From the IMG/VR virus record IMGVR_UViG_3300044844_000928: 64,000 bases of DNA; one strand, 5' to 3'. The translations under genes and the position numbers were made by a program. This DNA is from a virus. This document shows positions 57,953-64,000 of the stretch, piece after piece (position 1 is the stretch's first letter; each line of letters opens with the position of its first letter). A model generated the notes under the pieces. It was not told where the DNA came from. It searched no databases and worked only from the letters and a program-made list of their open reading frames with translations.

Positions 57953-58258
57953 ATGTACAATTTTGTTGAAGGAGATACAGCATCAATACTTGAAGTGAAA
58001 TGTATAGATGCGTTTACTTCATTGCCAATTAATATGACAGGTTCTACGGCAAAACTCAAATGGGTAAATAAAGCCAAAGTAACACTTTTAAAAAATATGA
58101 CTATTACTGATGCAACCAACGGGGTTGCTCAGTACAATTTTGGAGTAGGTGAATTAGAAGCGCCTACTATGTCGTTTGATGTTGTGATAACAGACTCAAA
58201 CAATAAAACTTTGACATGTAGAGAAATTGTACAGGTTAGTGTCAGAAAACGCTTATAG
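57953..58258 (+). CDS. BppU-like (baseplate upper protein N-terminal type) protein
   Basis: GDT...L......P.N.TG.T......ITDA.NG...Y pattern. Confidence 0.55.
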   Translation: MYNFVEGDTASILEVKCIDAFTSLPINMTGSTAKLKWVNKAKVTLLKNMTITDATNGVAQYNFGVGELEAPTMSFDVVITDSNNKTLTCREIVQVSVRKRL

Positions 58259-58267
58259 GAGGTGAAA

Positions 58268-58975
58268 ATGATTACGCCGTTAATGATGGCAAAATTCAGT
58301 GAATTAGCTTACACTGATGACTACAAATTTCCAGATTGGAATACCATATTCTTGGATAAAAACGGCTCACAAGCTTATTTCCTTTTTAACATTGATACAA
58401 TTATTGTTGTTTGTAGAGGAACTCAACCTACTAAACTTGAAGATATTATCGCGGATATTAGATTCAGATTAGTTCCTAGCAGTTCCGGTATAGGTAAAGT
58501 ACATCGCGGCTTTAAAGCATCTGTAGATAATATTTGGGATGACTTATCTAAATTATTCCTCAAATACCCTAACAGAAAAGTGTATCTTACAGGACATTCG
58601 TTAGGCGCGGCTATGGCTACTCTTATTGCTGGTCGTTGCCACAGATTTCCTGATATGCCAAATCCAGTCCTATATACCTTTGGTTCACCAAGAGTTGGGA
58701 ATTATACCTATATCAATTTCTTAAACACATTAAATATTGAGCACCATCGTTGGGTTAATAATGCTGATATTGTACCTAGAAATCCAATATTCCCATACTA
58801 TCATCATGGTGAATTAAATTATTTTGATCATAACGGTGACTTAACTGATATGACTGTCTTTCAAATGGTTAAAGACAAAATCAAAGGAACTATTTTGGGA
58901 TTAAAGAAAGGAAAGGTCAATTTTTTCGTTAATCATGAAATGAAAAACTACATTAAAAACTTGGAGAAATTATGA
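58268..58975 (+). CDS. Lipase class 3 (alpha/beta hydrolase)
   Basis: VV.RGT, VHRGF, LTGHSLGAA nucleophile elbow, YTFGSPRVG, D.VP, terminal H; AGGAGG RBS before ATG 58268. Confidence 0.9.
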   Translation: MITPLMMAKFSELAYTDDYKFPDWNTIFLDKNGSQAYFLFNIDTIIVVCRGTQPTKLEDIIADIRFRLVPSSSGIGKVHRGFKASVDNIWDDLSKLFLKYPNRKVYLTGHSLGAAMATLIAGRCHRFPDMPNPVLYTFGSPRVGNYTYINFLNTLNIEHHRWVNNADIVPRNPIFPYYHHGELNYFDHNGDLTDMTVFQMVKDKIKGTILGLKKGKVNFFVNHEMKNYIKNLEKL

Positions 58976-59163
58976 AATTAGTATTATTGGCGGCGCTTAC
59001 CCTTATGTTAACAGGATGTGCGGCTTTGGTTGAAACGGAAACTTTAATCAGCGCGGCGGTAACGGATTACTGTAAAGCACCAGAGTTTGCTAGAATTACT
59101 TTGCGTGAAAAAGTAGCAAAAACATTAGAACCAAACTCAATAGAAATTCACTGTAACAAATAA
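58972..59163 (+). CDS. Small lipoprotein (possible o-spanin-like)
   Basis: Signal peptide with LTGC lipobox. Confidence 0.6.
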   Translation: MKLVLLAALTLMLTGCAALVETETLISAAVTDYCKAPEFARITLREKVAKTLEPNSIEIHCNK

Positions 59164-59184
59164 ATCATATTGAATTGTTGTGCT

Positions 59185-59220
59185 AACCCTGTCAATCTTA
59201 ACTGGTTGACAGGGTTTTTT
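59185..59220 (+). terminator. Rho-independent terminator
   Basis: AACCCTGTCAA...TTGACAGGGTT plus T-run. Confidence 0.85.
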
Positions 59221-59226
59221 ATTTCA

Positions 59227-59233
59227 CTAAATA
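59227..59233 (+). promoter_or_regulatory. Putative late promoter
   Basis: CTAAATA upstream of gp13. Confidence 0.6.
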
Positions 59234-59267
59234 TAATATACCAAAGCCAACTTCAAATAGGTAAAAT

Positions 59268-59996
59268 ATGATTCGTTCAAGAGAAGAATTAAAACAGTAT
59301 GCATTAAGAGCATTAGGTGCTCCTGTTATTGAAGTGAATGTGGCAGATGAGCAATTAGAAGATAGACTTGATGACGCCATAGCATATTATAACATGTATC
59401 ATTATGATGGTGTGGAAAGGATGTATCTTAAGCATCTTATCACTAGCACTAATATGACAAACAAATATATTCAGTTGCCTGACGACATACGCGGTATAAC
59501 TAGAGTATTTTCTTTAAATGCAAATTCGTCTAACTCAATTTTGAATTATGAAACGCAGTTCCGTATGGATATGATTGCGAATTTACACAATTCAAATATT
59601 ACAGATTACCAAATGACAATGAACCATCTACAAATGTTAGATACCTTATTGTCTGGGCAAAATCAGTTGAGATTCAATAAAAATAACGGTAAACTATACA
59701 TCGATATGAATTGGGATAAATTATCACCATTTCATTACATTATTGTTGATTGTTATCAGGCTATAGATCCTGAACTAGAAACAAAAATGTATGATGACGT
59801 TTGGTTAAAGGCTTATGTGGTTGCCAAATTCAAAATGCAATGGGGTCAAAACCTAAGCAAATACAACGGCGTTTCTCTTCCAGGTGGGGTTACTATTGAC
59901 GGACAATCAATGTATGATACAGCCGTTTCTGAGATTTCCGCATTAGAACAACAAGCGGCTAATGAATCTGGCTTATTAGATATGTTTATTGGTTAA
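59268..59996 (+). CDS. 13: Neck protein gp13
   Basis: SREEL..Y.LR.LGAPVIEVNV.DEQ.EDR.D.A..Y...YHYDG; WL..Y.....K.QWG.NL.K..G..LPGG.T..G. Confidence 0.95.
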   Translation: MIRSREELKQYALRALGAPVIEVNVADEQLEDRLDDAIAYYNMYHYDGVERMYLKHLITSTNMTNKYIQLPDDIRGITRVFSLNANSSNSILNYETQFRMDMIANLHNSNITDYQMTMNHLQMLDTLLSGQNQLRFNKNNGKLYIDMNWDKLSPFHYIIVDCYQAIDPELETKMYDDVWLKAYVVAKFKMQWGQNLSKYNGVSLPGGVTIDGQSMYDTAVSEISALEQQAANESGLLDMFIG

Positions 59997-60006
59997 GGAT
60001 TAAATT

Positions 60007-60663
60007 ATGCCACGCAACCAATATTTTAATTTTGGTAAATCTACATCAGAACAAAACCTTTATGAAAGTATAATCATAGAAACAATCAATATTTATGGAC
60101 AGGAAATGTTTTATATTCCTAGAACATTGGTTGGTGTTGATGATATTTTAGGGGAAGATACCTTATCTCAATTTAACAATTCATACCCTATAGTGACTTA
60201 TTTTGAGAACATAGACTCGTTCGAAGGACAGGGCGCGTTTATGTCTAAATTTGGTTTAACTATGGAGCAGTCTGCTACGCTTACCGTAGCAAGAAAAGAA
60301 TGGTTAGATTTAGTTGGGGCATACGGGACAACTATCCTACCTGAAAGACCAGCTGAAGGAGATTTGCTGTATTTTCCTTTAACGGGCGGTTTGTTTGAAA
60401 TTAAATTTGTTGCACATCAAGATCCATTTTATCAAATTGGCAGACTTTATGTGTATAAGCTTACCGTTGAATTATTCCAGTATTCTTCAGAAAAAATTAA
60501 TACAGGTGAAGTTGATATTGATGTGTTTGAAACCTTAAAATCATTTGATATTGATATCAATACAGATACTGACGATCAGGATTCATTTGGTGATAATAGC
60601 AAATTCCAAACTAAGGCTTCTACAATTAAATTCGACGAAACTAATATTTTTGGGGAATTTTAA
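60007..60663 (+). CDS. 14: Neck protein gp14
   Basis: EQ.L.E..I.E.I..YG....Y.PR, F.G.G.F.SKFG, RP.EGDL.YFP....LFEI.FV....PFYQ.G....Y.L..ELF.YS.E. Confidence 0.95.
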   Translation: MPRNQYFNFGKSTSEQNLYESIIIETINIYGQEMFYIPRTLVGVDDILGEDTLSQFNNSYPIVTYFENIDSFEGQGAFMSKFGLTMEQSATLTVARKEWLDLVGAYGTTILPERPAEGDLLYFPLTGGLFEIKFVAHQDPFYQIGRLYVYKLTVELFQYSSEKINTGEVDIDVFETLKSFDIDINTDTDDQDSFGDNSKFQTKASTIKFDETNIFGEF

Positions 60664-61376
60664 TGACACCACATTACGCCGGTATAATCAAAAAGACTAT
60701 TACAGTTTTCGGTAGCTTGTTTTCTCAATTTCAAATTGAAAGGCTAAATACTGATGGTACAGTCGGACAAACTATTAACATACCTATAGCATATTCTAGC
60801 AAACAGAAATGGCTTACTAGAATTGAACAAGACCCAAATCTCACGAATCATACGTTAACTACGATGCCTAGATTTGGGTTTGAAATAACTAATTATTCGT
60901 ACGATTCAAGTAGAAAGGTTAATTCGATGCAAAAGATAGCATCTAGTGCTACGCCTACTGAAGCGAATACACAGTTTTCACCTGTTCCATATAATATTGA
61001 TATTAACCTTTATCTTCAGACTAAAAATGTTGAAGACGGGTTAATGGTGATGGAACAAATACTGCCAATGTTTACTCCGCATTATACAGTTACGATTGAT
61101 GCTGTTCCAGATATGAATATCATCAATGATGTGCCTTTAGTTTTAAACGGGGTGTCAGTAGAAGATGATTATGAATCAGATTTTAGAACAAGACGATCTA
61201 TAATTCACACATTTTCTTTTACGCTTAAAGTTAATTTATTTGGTGAAATAACAAGATCTAAATTGATTAGACATGTAACGGCTAATCTGCCTGATGTAAA
61301 TGGAAACTATCAAACGGCGGCTACAGTTCCAGGAACATTAACTCAAGACCAATGGACATTTAACTTTGGGGTGTAA
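60663..61376 (+). CDS. 15: Tail sheath stabiliser/terminator gp15
   Basis: FG.LF....I.R, IPIAY..KQK...R, PR..FE.....YD..RK, PVPYN, EQILP.F.P, DDYE.DF..RR. Confidence 0.95.
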   Translation: MTPHYAGIIKKTITVFGSLFSQFQIERLNTDGTVGQTINIPIAYSSKQKWLTRIEQDPNLTNHTLTTMPRFGFEITNYSYDSSRKVNSMQKIASSATPTEANTQFSPVPYNIDINLYLQTKNVEDGLMVMEQILPMFTPHYTVTIDAVPDMNIINDVPLVLNGVSVEDDYESDFRTRRSIIHTFSFTLKVNLFGEITRSKLIRHVTANLPDVNGNYQTAATVPGTLTQDQWTFNFGV

Positions 61377-61381
61377 TACTA

Positions 61382-61449
61382 TTTTTAAGCGCTTAACCTC
61401 AATTCACGCCCGACTAGGCTATTATAGGCTCATTGGTCTAAAAAGTAAA
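61382..61449 (-). repeat. Dispersed element copy 3
   Basis: Identical 45-bp core 61382-61426; -35 AGTAAA at 61444-61449, 17-bp spacer. Confidence 0.92.
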
Positions 61450-61486
61450 GTTTTATTTTTGAACACAAGTTAAAAATCATTTTTCA

Positions 61487-61493
61487 CTAAATA
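61487..61493 (+). promoter_or_regulatory. Putative late promoter
   Basis: CTAAATA upstream of gp18. Confidence 0.6.
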
Positions 61494-61537
61494 TTTTTAT
61501 AACTATAATTTAACAACCAATTCTCTTAGGAGTACAT

Positions 61538-64000
61538 ATGTCATACCAAGTCTCGCCAGGAATTGAAGTCAATGAAATTGACAACACTTCAACAGTTTCT
61601 GGTCTTAATTCAACAGCCGCTGCGCATGTAGGGTTGTTTAACTGGGGACCAGTTCTTCAACCGACTACTGTTACTTCAGAACTAAATTTGAAAGAATTAT
61701 TCTGGAAACCTACAGATTCAAACGCGCAAAGTTGGTTTACAGCTGCTAATTTTTTAGCTTACTCTAATAACTTAATTAACATTCGTGCTGATGCTGATGC
61801 TCAATACACCTCTGTTAAAATTCCTTCTGTAGATTTAGCCGGTACTGTGCATTTTGTTGCTGGTTCTACTGCTGTATTTGGTTTTAATGGTACACAGTTT
61901 TCTACATTAACAGTTGGCCAAAATTTAATTGATGCTGACTATAACGTTATCGGTACAGTTGCTTCTATTACAAATAACACACAGTTAACTTTAAGTGCTG
62001 CTCCAACTACGTCTTCTATTGATTCATTAACAGGTATTGTTACTGCATCTACAGGTTCTGCTGCTGTAGTTGGTACAGGCACATTGTTCACAACTGAACT
62101 TGCGGTTGGGGATATCGTAACTAAATTATCTGCCAGTTCAGCTGGATATGATATTTTAGGAACAATTCTTTCTATCGCAGATGATACTCATTTAACATTA
62201 GCGGCTAACTCTGCTGTTGTTGCTTCAGGTGTTGCGTTCGGTATCGCTTCTACATTAACAGGTACACTTACTTCAACAACTGGTTCAACATCTGTTGTTG
62301 GTGTTGGTACTAATTTTACAGAAGTATTATCAATTGGTGATATATTAACCACACCAGCTCGTGTAGTTATCGGAACGATTGCGTCTATCACAGATAATAC
62401 CAATTTGGCTTTAACTGCTAATGGTTCTATCGCAGTTTCTGGAAGCAAATTTGCCACTGAAGTAAAAACCTTTAAAGATAATCGTATCAAAATCAATAAC
62501 TATGACGATTATGAATCAAACTATATTAACGGCGGTTTGAATATCGGTGAATTTGCTGCTCGTTATCCAGGCAAATTAGGTAACTCTATTCAAGTCGTTG
62601 TTGTTGACTCTAACACTTTCCAATATCAATCTCGTGTTGGAACTGTTACTTCTACAACATCTTCTAAAACGCTTACCGGTGTTGGTACTTCTTTCTTATC
62701 AACTTTAAAAGTTGGTGAAGTTATCCATAAAGCTGATTCAACCCATACAGTTATTGGCACAGTTGCTTCTATTGAAACTAATACATCTTTGACTTTAGTT
62801 AATTTCGGCAAAGTTGCTGTTTCAGGTGTTGCCTTTGAAGTTTCAATTGCAAGTTCTTATACTGGTCAATTTACTTCAGCTCCTGCTACTTCTTCTTATG
62901 CGAAAAGCAAAGGCGTATTAAATGCTAAAGACGAAATCCATATCTTAGTTATCGACAAAGATGGTGCGTTTACTGGTGTGAAAGGTGCTACCCTTGAAAA
63001 GTATTCATTCTTATCTAAAGCATCTGATGCTAAATATGATGATGGTTCTTCAAGCTACTATAAAACTGTTATCAACAGCGCGTCTGCTTATGTTTACTGG
63101 TTGGATATTCCAAGCGCCGTTTCTGGTACAGGTATCGCATGGAACACAGAATTAGCTGATGTGATTGTTAAAACTCAATCATTCAAATCTTTAACATATC
63201 CATTATATGTTGAATTAAGCGGCGGTACTGATGCTGCATCGATTACAGATGGTGAAAAAATTCTTGCTTTAGATTTGCTTGCAAATAAAGACTTATATAA
63301 TTTTGCCTTTATCGCTTTAGGAAAAGCTTCTTCAACTGTTGCTAGTCATGCTGTTGCTTTAGCTGAAACAAGAAAAGACGTTATCGTATTTATTTCTCCA
63401 GAAGATACTATTACCGGTGAATTCATCAAAGGTACTGGTTCTGATGCTATTGATAAATTGCTTGAGTATCGTTCAGAATTACCATCGTCTTCATATGGCT
63501 TCTTAGATACAGGCGCTAAATATCAATATGACGCTTATAATGATAAACGTCGTTGGATTGCTTTAAACGGTGACATTGCTGGTCTTGCTGCTATTACATC
63601 TGAACCATGGGTTTCAAATGGCGGCTTTAACAACGGTCAAATTAAAAACGTTATCAAATTAGCAGTTAATCCTACAAAAGCTGATCGCGATAATTTGTAT
63701 CCTCAAAATGTTAACCCAGTTGTTACCTTTAAAGGTCAAGGAACTGTATTGTTCGGCGATAAAACTTTGTTAGACCGCCCAAGCGCGTTTGACCGTATCG
63801 GTGTTCGTAGATTGTTTATTTTGTTAGAAAAATCTATCGAAAAATCTGCTCAATATCAATTGTTCGCTATTAATGATGACACAACAAGAGCACAGTTTAA
63901 AAACTTGATCGAACCTTTCTTAAGAGATATTAAAGGTAGACGCGGCATTAACGACTTTAAAGTTGTTTGTGATGCAACTAACAACACCGCTAATGTTGTT
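61538..64000 (+). CDS. 18: Tail sheath protein gp18 (runs off the window end; absent from ORF track)
   Basis: Hand translation: MSYQVSPGIEVNEID...FNWGPV...WFTAANFLAY...ARYPGKLGNSI...KYQYD.YND..RWI.LNGDIAGL...GDKTL...SAFDRIGVRRLF...VVCDATNNT; AGGAG RBS. Confidence 0.95.
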   Translation, partial: MSYQVSPGIEVNEIDNTSTVSGLNSTAAAHVGLFNWGPVLQPTTVTSELNLKELFWKPTDSNAQSWFTAANFLAYSNNLINIRADADAQYTSVKIPSVDLAGTVHFVAGSTAVFGFNGTQFSTLTVGQNLIDADYNVIGTVASITNNTQLTLSAAPTTSSIDSLTGIVTASTGSAAVVGTGTLFTTELAVGDIVTKLSASSAGYDILGTILSIADDTHLTLAANSAVVASGVAFGIASTLTGTLTSTTGSTSVVGVGTNFTEVLSIGDILTTPARVVIGTIASITDNTNLALTANGSIAVSGSKFATEVKTFKDNRIKINNYDDYESNYINGGLNIGEFAARYPGKLGNSIQVVVVDSNTFQYQSRVGTVTSTTSSKTLTGVGTSFLSTLKVGEVIHKADSTHTVIGTVASIETNTSLTLVNFGKVAVSGVAFEVSIASSYTGQFTSAPATSSYAKSKGVLNAKDEIHILVIDKDGAFTGVKGATLEKYSFLSKASDAKYDDGSSSYYKTVINSASAYVYWLDIPSAVSGTGIAWNTELADVIVKTQSFKSLTYPLYVELSGGTDAASITDGEKILALDLLANKDLYNFAFIALGKASSTVASHAVALAETRKDVIVFISPEDTITGEFIKGTGSDAIDKLLEYRSELPSSSYGFLDTGAKYQYDAYNDKRRWIALNGDIAGLAAITSEPWVSNGGFNNGQIKNVIKLAVNPTKADRDNLYPQNVNPVVTFKGQGTVLFGDKTLLDRPSAFDRIGVRRLFILLEKSIEKSAQYQLFAINDDTTRAQFKNLIEPFLRDIKGRRGINDFKVVCDATNNTANVV

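Noticed and set aside
24653-61449. The three 45-bp repeats as a CRISPR array
   Set aside because: Copies are ~18 kb apart with no repeat-spacer periodicity and no cas operon; only the solitary-repeat hypothesis is kept.
1-64000. tRNA/rRNA genes, integrase, transposase, alternative genetic code
   Set aside because: None recognised by eye; long core genes translate intact under the standard bacterial code with all three stop codons in use. A tRNAscan/Infernal run would be needed to exclude RNA genes formally.
1-64000. Apparent excess of CCGG-containing words (ACCGGT, GCCGGC)
   Set aside because: Impression only; cannot be quantified without a k-mer count, and Thr-Gly/Ala-Gly codon pairs could explain it.

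Overview
This 64-kb window is part of an AT-rich T4-like (Tevenvirinae/Kyanoviridae-type gene set) myophage genome. 1-11.5 kb holds early/replication and accessory genes: denA-like GIY-YIG nuclease, GNAT, PD-(D/E)XK exonuclease, SleB hydrolase, gp33, gp59, gp32 and many small hypotheticals, behind TTTACT-N16/17-TATAAT early promoters. 11.5-17.3 kb is a minus-strand morphogenesis operon (tape-measure-like gene, gp51, gp26, gp16, gp54, gp2, gp4). 17.3-64 kb is a plus-strand virion cluster: gp48, gp53, hub, split gp5, gp25, gp6, gp7, gp8, split VrlC-like protein, two tail-fibre modules, holin-like pair, lipase, gp13-15 and a truncated gp18 sheath gene missing from the ORF track. Main unexplained signals: (1) three identical 45-bp elements forming a minus-strand early promoter with an invariant non-coding leader, back-to-back with late promoters and partly resembling a type I-C CRISPR repeat; (2) one ~55-60 aa module inserted seven times into four core structural proteins; (3) a family of unrelated proteins sharing a putative capsid-targeting/protease-cleavage motif; (4) a candidate -1 frameshift fusing gp26 and gp51 upstream of the tape-measure-like gene; (5) a relic lipase 5' end marking a ~9-kb insertion. 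All assignments come from motif recognition and synteny by eye; no database searches were run.
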